Shown here piece after piece: positions 39,414 to 50,497 of a stretch of DNA of 64,000 bases (its first letter is position 1; each line of letters begins with the position of its first letter). This stretch comes from Spizellomyces punctatus DAOM BR117. Its lineage: Eukaryota. The translations under genes and the position numbers were made by a program. The stretch lies in assembly GCA_000182565.2 (NCBI GenBank), contig KQ257455.1. One strand, given 5' to 3'. A model generated the notes under the pieces. The model was not told the DNA's origin. It did not search any database and saw nothing but the letters and a program-made list of their open reading frames with translations.

Positions 39414-41023
39414 ATGAGCCATCCAACCCAGACAAATGGTAGTGAGTCAGTGATCCATTCTGTGCACGAGAAGGGAGAGTCGTACGGCAGCATTGAAGAG
39501 GATGATGTCGGCCTACTAGGGCGGCCGTCTGTCGAGGAGGGCCGTCCAGATCTCCCTGACACAAGCACCGCGGATACCACCGCCTTGTTGCACTCCGAAC
39601 ATGTCTCTGCCGAGGTTTCTGCAGCCAAACCCCACCTCAGCACATTCAAAATCTTGTGCCTGAATGCTTTTTGGTTTGGATATCAGTTATATTGGTTTCT
39701 GGTCTTCGTTGCCATTGTGCCCTCACAGATTAAAGCAATTGCGGGCGACAAGCATAAGGGCTCGGCACTTTCTATTGTTTCACTCTTTTCGGGGCTCCTG
39801 AATCTGTTTTTGGCCGTATTTTTTGGGGCATTGAATGACAGGTTTCGTAGCCGATATGGGAAAAGGCATGTACTTTCGCGTGCTTACTGTACTCTCTGCG
39901 CTCATTAATCTGATGGCTTATAGACATCCATGGATAATCGTGGGAGCACTTGGAATGTGCACGTCCCTTTTCCTCCTGTGGCCTACGAATACGCTGTGGT
40001 TCTACGTCCTTGCCTATGCGTGCTTAACCGCATCTACAGTTATCGCCTCGGTCCCATTCAACGGACTAATCGCAGATGTGACACCCCCCGAACAAAAAGG
40101 TCGTGTATCTGCCATTATGGGAGGAATGAATCTTGGAGGATATCTTGGAGGTGCTCTTGTAGGAATATTTGCAGAGACGTTAGGGCTTGTTCCCCTGTAT
40201 ATGATCATGACGACTATCTTGGCTACGACAACCTTCGTAACGGTGCGACTTGGACCACGAGAACCAGAAAAGCACTATGTACCCCAGGAGATTCCGCCAA
40301 TCGATTGGTGGCCTTTCTTGGCAGAGCTTGTTCGGCCACTATGGTCTCACCGAGACTTCCGATTGGTTTTTATGAGCCGATTCGTGTTCCAGCTAGGCAT
40401 AGCTACCATTCAACAGTTTATGCAATAGTACGTTTCTCTTGTTCAGCCCGGTCTACGAGGGCTACGAGGTTGTCCGTAGACCACTGCCAGACTACTAACC
40501 AGTTCATCTCTTTTAACATAGCTGGATAGATGACTGCGTGAAACCTAGTCTTCCAGCCACTCGAGCTGTCTCCTTGGCACTCATTCCCCTTCTCGCTATA
40601 TCACCAATTACCGCCCTCCTCATCCCGTCCAGCAGCCGCAAGCTCACTGTCTATAGTGCCGCAGTTCTCATGTGTACTACTGCCCTCATCCTCATGACCG
40701 CCCACACATTCCCTCTCGCCCTGCTGGCTTCGTCAATTTTTGGCATTGGATATGGGCCATTCATATCCGTTGAATTTGCGATGCTTATCGATGTACTTCC
40801 AAATGAGCAAGACGCAGCGAAAGACATGAGTCTGTGGCATTCGGCGCTCGTTCTACCACAAATAGTGGCCACCCCTGTCGCGGGATGGGTGCGGGATTTA
40901 GGGCAGACTTGGGGGGAATCATTGGGCGTTGAATGTTTTGGATATAAGCTCATATTTGGGGTCTGTATAGTATATTTTGTATTGGGCGTTTCTGTGACAC
41001 GGGCCATTAGAGGCATTAAATAG
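39414..41023 (+). CDS. MFS transporter, GPH/SLC45 (disaccharide)-like (spliced)
   Basis: GALNDRFRSRYGKRHPWI motif A variant, PFNGLIADVTPPEQKG, DFRLVFMSRF, DAAKDMSLWHSALVLPQ; about 12 hydrophobic segments. Confidence 0.85.
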
Positions 41024-41096
41024 ATTCAAGAGGAAGCTAGGGTAGCGGGAATGACTTTGTATTTACTATGTGCTATTGTGATTTTGATTTTCTGGT

Positions 41097-44043
41097 TCAG
41101 ACTTTGTCCGCTGCCTCACGTTCCGTTATCTTTTCGATGATGGCATTTCGCTGTTTCCATTGGTCGTGTGCGGTCAGGATGCTGTTAAATATTTCGCATA
41201 TTCGGGATTTGAGAGTATGTAGTGCGACTTGGGCTGCGTTGGTAAATATTGTGAGATGCCCTTCCAATGAAATAACAGCCCCAAAGCATTTACTCACGAT
41301 CTGGAGCGTCGAATTCAACCTCCTCAACAACATTGACACCTCCTTCATCTGCCTCTCCGCCTTGTCCAGGTTCACTACTGGCCTCACCAGTAGGTGTCCC
41401 TTCTGCGTGTGCTTGAGCTACCGCCGATTGTATAGTTTCTTCAGCCAATGGGTCAACCTCAGGGCTAGTGCTGGGGCAGTCGTGCGTGTTATTCAAGAGA
41501 GGAAGAACCGAATCCCGATAGTAGTCTTCATGTTGTATCATTGCGCATGCGTATATGAGCTCGAATACCTCGTATGGCACCAACTATGTAGTGATGCAAC
41601 TGGGTCACTTTGAATCGCACATATTGGCACAACAAGTTCTGTAGTTACCTCAAACTCCAGATTATAGTATCCGCCATCTTCGACATATGGCATTTCCTTC
41701 GCAAGCACGCTTATTACTCGTGCAATTGTTAGTGGACCTGTTGGTACTTCGTGAAGAAGACCGTATTCCTGTGACCGTGTAAGCCTCCGTCCATGCGATG
41801 GCTATCTTCCAACAACAATTCCAACCTTCATCATAAGTAAAACCTCTCGGATTGTCATTGTAACATCGCGTAGGGATGGCTCTTTAAAACCATGACTCTT
41901 GTGACGGGCTTTATCAGCGTATAAAGCGTAGATCTGATGACCGTACTGCTTTTCGAATTCCTGCCAGCCATGGATGTGTTGAATATGAGTACGCAACGAA
42001 ATAGGTACTAGCAGCGCCTACCATCAGCAACTCCAACTGCATCTCCCCGTCCCCAGCCCTCTTTTCCGCCTTCGCGGCCACTACATCTGGTCTCAAATAT
42101 GGCAAAATATCTTCTTTGACTAGATATGCCAATTCTGCAGCCAATCCACGGTCGTGTATAGAGAGATCGTTGCGTCCTTTGTAAATCAAATGAGATACTC
42201 GAAGAAGGAAGGAAATGAAATCGTACAGAATGAACATTTCGGAAGGATTATGAGGTTGCTATAGAAGATGAGGAGAAGAAAGTTATTATAAATTTGCATA
42301 CAATCATCTGCTTAGCGTTGCCACACCTTGACTCTCTGCTCAAAGCAGGGGTGGTCCTTGAATTGGATAGCGTACGCTCTATCCATATCGGCTAGATATT
42401 GAAGATTTCGGTATACTGTGAAACAATTGCACTCTCGCCGGCCAAATACCTAATGTTGCGCCTTTTTCTAGAATCTTGCAGTCCTTCAGCAATCGCACTA
42501 ACTGTACGCGAGTCATGGCCGCTGATGTTGCCAATTCTTCTGCATTGCGACCGATGGCTGTATAGTGTTGATATATAGATCGCAACTCACCTGCAAATAT
42601 ATAGTAGGAATTGAGATGCGTTGCTATTATGTATCGTCAAAGAGGCAATTACCGATATATCTTAGGATAACATTATTAATTTGTTTTAGTTGGTCATCAC
42701 TAGATCCAAGATCGGCGGTTGGTGAGGATGCGGAGACTATATCGGAAATTTGGAGCATATAAGGGCAATCTGTATCATTCAAACAAGGTATTTTTTAGCG
42801 GATTAGCTGGTTGCACTTTTGAGCGAATACTGAAGGGGATTTTTACCATTCTGGTATTTTGGCATGTCTCCAACAGGTCGATCATTTTGAAATAAACCGA
42901 CATAACTCCGACCATTTTCTGATATATAACGACCTTGACCATGCTAAACAGCAGGTCAGCATGATCGAAAAATCAAAAAGGACCATATGACCTCCTCGCA
43001 TTTCCATACGGCCGATTTGGTCAGTACCTTCATGTTATCCATCCATTCTCCCTCATACCTCGCCCCGTTCGCATATTGAAATATGCCGTGACCATGGCGC
43101 TTACCATTCAGCCATTGTCCTACATAGTCAAAGTTCATTTTCTTTGTCCTGAGGGTATGGGTGTCGTACCCAATTTTTAAATATACATACCATCGTAGCG
43201 ATTTTGTACAGGAAATTGATGCGGCCTGTGAAGTTTGATGGTCCACGTGTAGGTTCCATATCCATTTGGAACTCCATTCTGCAATATCATCGTTACATCA
43301 GTAACTTTTGTCACTTCAATGCCCAGTTCGTGTCACACTACCTACTTGCCATTCACCCGTATATTCCTCCCCACGGTCACTCCACGTCATTGTACCCACC
43401 CCGTTCTTGACATTTAGTTCCCATTCGCCATCGTAAACATTTCCAGATGCGTAACGCATTAGACCACGGCCGTGCTTCATGCCATTTAACCAAGCACCTT
43501 CGTAACTGGAAGTATCCGAGTCATTGTAGACTAATTTTCCCTTATTATATTAGAGTTAGGGACAGAAAGCTGCTTAACGCAATGTTTATAAATACCTGCC
43601 CGTGCACCTTTCCTTCCTTCCAATCACCATTGTACCAAGCTTTTGATACAGGCTCACCATAAAAAACTCCCTTGCCATGTCGAAGGCCATTTAGTACCTG
43701 CCCCTCATATCGACATCCATTCTTCCTGGAACAAATCTCAATCAAATTCCGTCTTCAACCTCTTGAAAGAAGCACCGACTAACCAGACATATAACCCCAC
43801 CCCACTCAAGTTGTTTTTGTGAAAATCTCCCTCATAACGAACACCATCTGCCCACGTATACGTCCCATTGCTTCCATCCATATAACCATTGGCAAAAGGA
43901 CCGCAATAGGTATTGCCCGAAGAGAAGTGAGCCGTGCCGTGTCCATGGTATTTGCCATTTCTGAGCTCATCACCAGTAAAGCTGGATACGATGAGGGAGG
44001 CCAGACTAAGCGTGTCATGCGAGCTGGAGTCTGTTGCTGCCAT
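41097..44043 (-). CDS. RSPH10B: Radial spoke head 10 homolog B-like MORN-repeat protein (spliced)
   Basis: About 10 MORN repeats (YEGQVLNGLRHGKG, YVGQWLNGKRHGHG) followed by a helical region (LRSIYQHY, LVRLLKDC, YDFISFLLRVSHLIY, MVPYEVFELI). Confidence 0.75.
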
Positions 44044-44312
44044 CGGATTCTTTGTGAAGTAAATTATGCAGGTCTCAGCAGTAGGTGATTAACTCTGAAG
44101 CCAATCTTGTCCACGTCGATCATTGCTTACGTAGTGACTCCGATGCCGTGCACCTGTTGAAGGCCCGTGATCACACGTGAATGCTATTTTGGGCTTCATC
44201 TCTCGGATTTTGCCGGAGTGCTGATAAAAGAATCATTGGCAGGTTTCCCGACTTGACTTCTGGGTTGACGACCGCAGCTGTAAAAGACATTCAATTTCTT
44301 TTGAGAGCAACA

Positions 44313-45271
44313 ATGGCTGGTGACTACGGTAAAGTGAAGGAGGATATCAAGGCTATCCTCAAGAAGCCTGACTATGACGATGGATCACTCGGTCCCGTCT
44401 TTGTGCGCTTGGCATGGCACGCAAGTGGAACCTATGTATGTACTCTCTGACGGGAAAATATTGTGTGGGCTTTGGGCTGACTGTTACTTCAGGACAAGCA
44501 CTCAAGGACCGGCGGCTCCAACGGTGCGACCATGCGATTTAACCCCGAATCCAACGACGGTGCGAACGCCGGTCTCGAACACGCTCGCGCATTCCTTGAG
44601 CCCATTAAGCAGAAGCACCCCTGGATTACCTACGCTGACCTTTGGACCTTGGCCGGATGCACTGCTATTGAGGCTATGGGTGGACCCCAAATCCCATGGA
44701 AGGCTGGGCGTACTGATAAGGATCCCAAAAATCTGACCGCCAAGGATGTCCCGCCAAACGGTCGCCTTCCCGACGCTGCTCAAGGACAAGATCACGTCCG
44801 GGATGTTTTCTACCGTATGGGTTTCAACGACCGTGAGATTGTTGCCCTGATCGGTGCTCACTCGCTTGGTCGCTGCCACAGTGACCGCAGCGGTTACAGT
44901 GGACGTACGTACTGTGATTGACCATTGCAATCGCTTACTCGTGGCACTAATCGAGCTTTTCACCTGTAGCCTGGACATACACCCCCACTCGCTTCTCCAA
45001 CCAATACTTCAAGCTCCTGACCACAGTTGACTGGCGCAAGAAGCAATGGGACGGTCCCCTCCAGTATGTCGATGAGGATGACGAATTGATGATGCTTCCT
45101 GCCGATATGGCAGTCCTTTGGGACCCTGAGTTTGCCAAGATCGCCAAAGAGTATGCCAAGGATCAGGATGTCTTTTTCAAGGATTTCGCTGCTGCTTTCG
45201 GAAAGCTTGTTGAGTTGGGCGTTCCACGTGCAAACGATCCCGGCAATGCACCCAAAAGGTCAAAGTTGTAA
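44313..45271 (+). CDS. Class I heme peroxidase (cytochrome c peroxidase-like, no mitochondrial presequence, C-terminal SKL; 2 introns)
   Basis: [51 protein letters not shown]; ends KRSKL. Confidence 0.93.
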
Positions 45272-45461
45272 GATGGTTGCTCCAATCGATATAGATCGCA
45301 TTATCCTTTTTATTTAGTTAGCTTATAGCATTGTGACACTTGATTTCGAATATTCATAAGAGCCTCTGGTGTGTGTTCATAGCGCTGGAACAACTTCACA
45401 TTTGATGAAACAGTAACAATGCAAATAAAAAAAGATGTCTACTACAGATTACCAGACGACA

Positions 45462-46248
45462 TTATGCTGGAGTTGTCGATGCTATCGTCCGCACCAAGTC
45501 TATGTAATACCTATGGAATCTATCATCGTCCGTCAACTCTGGATGAAAGGCAGTGGCCAGTATATTTCCTTGTCGCACAGCGACCACATACTCTTCCTCA
45601 CCGATCCCCTTATTTACCCTTGCAACAACGCTGACCTTTTCGGGATCTATAGACTCGATGATCGGCGCTCGAATGAACACACCGGAAAAAGGTCGCTCGT
45701 TGTCTGGAAGCACAGGTACTGACAGATCTGCAACGAAAGAATCAACCTGGGCGCCAAACGCATTCCGCTTTACGGTAACATCCAAGCCGCCAATGAGGGT
45801 CTGCCCGCCCTTTTTTGTTCGATGTGCTGTGTTAGACAGCAGGATCATTCCCGCACAGGTTCCCTGTTCGTTCAGAGGTGGTTCAGTAGTTGCCCCAATG
45901 ACAAAACTCGAACCCAAACCTTACCCAAACAGGCTTCCCAGCCTTCACCCATTCTCGTAAGGGCTCCATGATACCAGATCGTTCCGCCACCAGAGCCATT
46001 GTCGTACTCTCTCCACCAGGAAGAATGAGCGCATCGAGTGACGGATCTTGCAGCTGCTCTTTGGTTCTAATTTGGATAGCTTCGGCGACGTCCGCCTTGA
46101 GTTTGTTGAGGAGGTGAATATGTTCCGAAAATGCACCTTGGAGGGCTGCGATTTGCCTAAGCAAGTCAAACGACACATCGTTCAACAACCATAATGGTGG
46201 TCCTGACGTACCTAAAACGCCTATGCGTAGTTTCTTCTTTTCGGCCAT
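45462..46248 (-). CDS. PDX2: Pyridoxal 5'-phosphate synthase glutaminase subunit (spliced)
   Basis: [53 protein letters not shown]. Confidence 0.95.
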
Positions 46249-46429
46249 GTTCAACAGCGAGTGATTAATGTGTGGACAAGGCCGAAATGAGAAGATGGTG
46301 GGGAGGGAAACATTTCGCAATCAAGTCATGTGATCTAAGGACCTTATGTAAGCAATCTGCAGTTTGCGGAAGCAGCAGCTCAATTCAACAGCAATAGTAA
46401 ACTTGAAAACCATAAACGAGAAGCTGCAA

Positions 46430-47818
46430 ATGCCGTCCACGGATATTCCAATGCAAGATATTCATGTCCTCATCTTGGATGAGGTAGGGACACCGACTGT
46501 CAACAACACAGTCACTTATACCTCCTTTCTGTCCCCTGCCGACAATGTGAGTCTTCTGATAATAACGAGCAAAGGTGCTCTCTCTCAAGCCGATAAATCA
46601 AAATGTCTCGACTATGTCGAGATTTCCAATCCAACCACAAACGGTATGGTGGAATTACATGCGCTCAAACTTCACGAGAAGTACCGGATCGATAGGATTT
46701 ACACCAAGCAAGAGGATTTAATCTTGCGAGCGGCTCACCTTCGTCGTTTGCTGGGAATTAACACAGGCTTAGCGCCTGAGGATGCCCTCTTGTTTAGAGA
46801 CAAGCATTCTATGAAGGAGGCTATCAGGAAGAGCGGGTTTGCTGTTCCGGATTTTGCAAGAGTTTATTCGCCTTGTGATGTCTTGGCTTTTGTCAAAACG
46901 CACGACTACCCCGTTATCATCAAACCTACTCTGGGATCCGCATCTGCCGGTGTTCGGGTTGTTAAATCGCCGCAGGATTTGGAAAGGTATCTCGAGAGCG
47001 AGTTCTATGACGGTATAGATGAGCATGGAAAGTGCATGGATTACTCAGGAGACATGATAATAGAAGAGTTTGTCAAGGGAAAGATGTATCATGTCAATGG
47101 ATATGCGAAAAATGGGGCATTGCAGTTAATTTGGCCATTTGTTTATTTGAAAACGAATTTGGAATTTACGATGGGGGAAGCCTACGGAAACGTGCTGATA
47201 CCTCGGAAAGACCAGAGGTGGCAGAACCTCTTCGATGCGACGGAAAGAATTTTAAAGGCTCTGCCAACTCCAGAGGACCTGGTTTTTCATTTAGAGCTGT
47301 TTGAAGTTGATAAAGCTGGAACACAGGAGTTTGTGCTCTGCGAAATCGCTGCCAGAAGACCGGGCGGTAGTATCGGACTCTTGATCAATGCTGCCGAGGG
47401 TGGTTCATTAGCAGCATCGCAGAATCACACCGAATCTATATTTCCCGAAATAGAATTCCGCCTCAGCATTGGCCTTCCACTCCGACACAATCGCCTCGAC
47501 ATTGCAAAAATCGCTCAAAGTCCAGGGTTCGCTGTAGCGGACTTGATGATTCCCCGCCAGCTTGGAAAGCTCGTTACCTTACCATCAGCAGATGCCAAGT
47601 GTCCCGTTCCAAATGTACAATATTTCCCGATTGCCAAACCCGGCAGTGTCTACAAGGGATTCGATATTAACACTATGAATACTTGCGCTAGATTTGTCGC
47701 GATCTGTAGTGAAACAACTGTTGAAGAGATGGAGGGGAAGTTGAGCAAGGCGCATCAGTGGTTTAAAGAGGGAACAGTTTATGAACAGGAAGGGAATATC
47801 CCGCAAACTTCTCAGTAG
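46430..47818 (+). CDS. ATP-grasp amino-acid/peptide ligase-like protein, 462 aa, intronless
   Basis: FRDKHSMK, YPVIIKPTLGSASAGV, IIEEFVKG, FHLELF, CEIAARRPGG. Confidence 0.88.
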   Translation: MPSTDIPMQDIHVLILDEVGTPTVNNTVTYTSFLSPADNVSLLIITSKGALSQADKSKCLDYVEISNPTTNGMVELHALKLHEKYRIDRIYTKQEDLILRAAHLRRLLGINTGLAPEDALLFRDKHSMKEAIRKSGFAVPDFARVYSPCDVLAFVKTHDYPVIIKPTLGSASAGVRVVKSPQDLERYLESEFYDGIDEHGKCMDYSGDMIIEEFVKGKMYHVNGYAKNGALQLIWPFVYLKTNLEFTMGEAYGNVLIPRKDQRWQNLFDATERILKALPTPEDLVFHLELFEVDKAGTQEFVLCEIAARRPGGSIGLLINAAEGGSLAASQNHTESIFPEIEFRLSIGLPLRHNRLDIAKIAQSPGFAVADLMIPRQLGKLVTLPSADAKCPVPNVQYFPIAKPGSVYKGFDINTMNTCARFVAICSETTVEEMEGKLSKAHQWFKEGTVYEQEGNIPQTSQ

Positions 47819-47965
47819 GAAGCGACTTGTTTCTGCTCGAGATGTAGCCCAGAACAATAGATACGTGATTAACAAGAGACTCTAGATGAAGCAAATAGGG
47901 CGAGCTTTGGAACAATTCTTAAGCAGAGGACATCTGTTGTACATCTCACTAGCATACAAACATGC

Positions 47966-50177
47966 TTAATACGCATTTTCTTCGGCAATCTCAATTTCTG
48001 CATTGCATTTGTCTAAGAACGCAATTATCTCGCATACTCTATCACGATTTCGTACGATTTCTTGCTCATGAGCTGTTTGTATTACTCTCTCCAGCTCCTT
48101 TGCAACACCTGTTACCAGTAGATCCTCCTGCTCAGCCGAGGTTAGCAAGCCAGCTAATTAAAGGTAGCCATACTCGAAAGGAAGGTAGCCACATGCCTGA
48201 TGGTCGCATTTACCCAGACGGAAGTCGTGCGAACTGTTAATAGCATTAACGAGGGCATCTTTGTCGTTCATGATCTAATGGAGTGTGTGAGGATCATTAA
48301 GCAAGGCCTGAAATGCTGTACGACCCACATCTCTCAGCTCATCCTCAACATCCGCGAATCCCATTCCTTCTTTATCCTTGTCAATATCTCGTGCAACATC
48401 GCCTTTGATGAAACGATCTACCGCAGCAAGTACTGCCTCGCTCAGTCGCTCGTGGAATTCATTCTCAAGTTCCCGTAACCGAGCAAATGAGGATGCGCCT
48501 GTTTCAGTTATGCTTGACGAGAGTTCAGTATAGTTGCGTTCAAACTCTTTTAAGACGTCCTTTTGGTTGAATTGGTCAGAGAGTAGAAGGTACAATCATT
48601 CTCAACCTCGACATACCTCGAATTGCTCTACAAGCGTCATTTCATGAGATAGGAGACCATCGGACAGTGCGTTGCTCTCTTCGCGGAGGTTTCTAAATAA
48701 GTTGTGTATTTCTCCAGGATTATTGGACTGTTGTATCTGTAATAGTAACTGTACCCACTATCAACCACTACAAGCAAGAGACTTTAGAAATAGCACGGAC
48801 ATAAACATACCCGCTTCTTAATTCCTGAGAATTTCTTACACTTCCCCCAACTTTCAGCATCGGTCTTTTCTTTGGTCTCAATCAAACATTTTCTAAACAT
48901 TTCCATCTCTTCCTGTTTTTCGGTAGAGCGTTTCAGGACAAAATGCTTGAGCTCGTTGATGACCACGTCAAATTTGGCTTGGTATTCCTCACGAAGGTCT
49001 GTAAAGGGTTCAGGAGTGATGATCGGTGCAAAGCGTTGGAAGTCAGGATCTTCGGTAAACAGGCTGTTGAAGAGGCTGTCTATTGAAGGGATATGCGCCG
49101 ACTGTTGTGTGAACGGGACGCGTTAAGGTGGATGTAGGTAGAGGTAATGCAGGTCGCTGGTACCTCATATAACTCCTCCTGTTCACTTCTCTTCTTTTCT
49201 TGTTCTTTTCTGGCTGCTACTATCTTATCTTCCTCTTCCTGTGCAATGATATCGTCTATGTACTGTTGCTTCGCTGCTGCTACCTATGGATGAAATATTA
49301 ATGGTTGAAAAATATTGTGCTTGGAAAAGCTTTTGTACATGCCGAATCATCATCCACAAGTCTGTAATCCAAATACCGTAAGCCGCGGATGTGTGCTAAG
49401 ATGTAGTGGCGATAGTTTTGACTTCTGCATATTGTGTTGCCGGAAAGGTTGAGGACGCGAAGGTTCTCAAATTTGGCCAGATAATTCACCTGAAATTTAG
49501 AAGAGCGTTGGTTGAAAGCAAAGCAGGTCAACGCAAGAGTAATGCCACGAGTACATTTTCCAAAACTGTTAACCCGTTATTCCCCAGCGACAGCACGTTC
49601 AATTTGACAAGATCATCCAAGTTCTCAATTCGTGATATTCGATTATTGTACAGCGTCAAGTCCGTCAATTTCGTAAGACCCTCCAGCCCCTCGATCTTTG
49701 ATATATTGTTAAACGACAGATCTGGTGAATTACGGACCACGATCAATACCCATGCGTCAAGCATGAGGAGTTCCACAACTCAGGAGGAATAATCGGCCAT
49801 CTCACCAACCAAGCCATTGCAGGTTTTTGAGGAAACTGATGTTTTCTATCCGTTCGATGATATTATTGTCAATTTGAAGCTTGGTGAGATTTTCAAACAT
49901 CCATAGATTATCGATCTTGAGGATATCTAAGGATGATAAAGAAGACAGTATTAGCCGTTTATTCGGATGCTACATACGTAAACTAGGGCACTGTATGCTT
50001 AACCCCTCACCCTCCAAACCTACTCTTATAATCTAATCTCAAGGTTGTGACATCTGATGGGTCGATACCTTCCCGTCTTGCCGTATCAGCGATCTCAGGT
50101 GAAGCTTGCTCATTTACGGCCTTTCGAAGAAGGTCTTCGTCAATGACGGTGGGTTCGATGGTGCTGTACGTATTCAT
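47966..50177 (-). CDS. DRC3: Dynein regulatory complex subunit 3 (LRRC48; spliced)
   Basis: [58 protein letters not shown], coiled-coil tail ending [12 protein letters not shown]. Confidence 0.9.
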
Positions 50178-50255
50178 TTTCTGGCGAGGACGGGTGCCAG
50201 GAAAGTGCAATGGTCCAAGTCTTGGATCTCCGACGCATGTGACCAGTTTAAATGA

Positions 50256-50271
50256 TGGTTTACCTAAACCA
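50256..50271. promoter_or_regulatory. Palindrome TGGTTTA-CC-TAAACCA in the DRC3/IFT46 bidirectional promoter
   Basis: 7-bp perfect inverted arms with a 2-nt spacer; function not established. Confidence 0.3.
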
Positions 50272-50497
50272 ACTCGACGCGTCAGGTCGCTCGTTGCTGC
50301 TTGCGTGCTAGATCGTGAACTGTAAAGTATTCCAGGTTCATAAAGTAATTACAAGCTGCCGATTTGCCTCGATTTGTCTGCATGGACTTAATGTTTCCCT
50401 TTATTTAAGATATTCCTGTTTTAAAACAGAAGAGGCTGCCTCTCGCCTATGTTCTTCCCGAAAAGACGCCTCAACAAGAAAACTCTATAAAAGTGGC

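Noticed and set aside
44044-44312. RFX X-box upstream of RSPH10B
   Set aside because: Only half-site matches; nothing fits GTNRCC-N(0-3)-RGYAAC.
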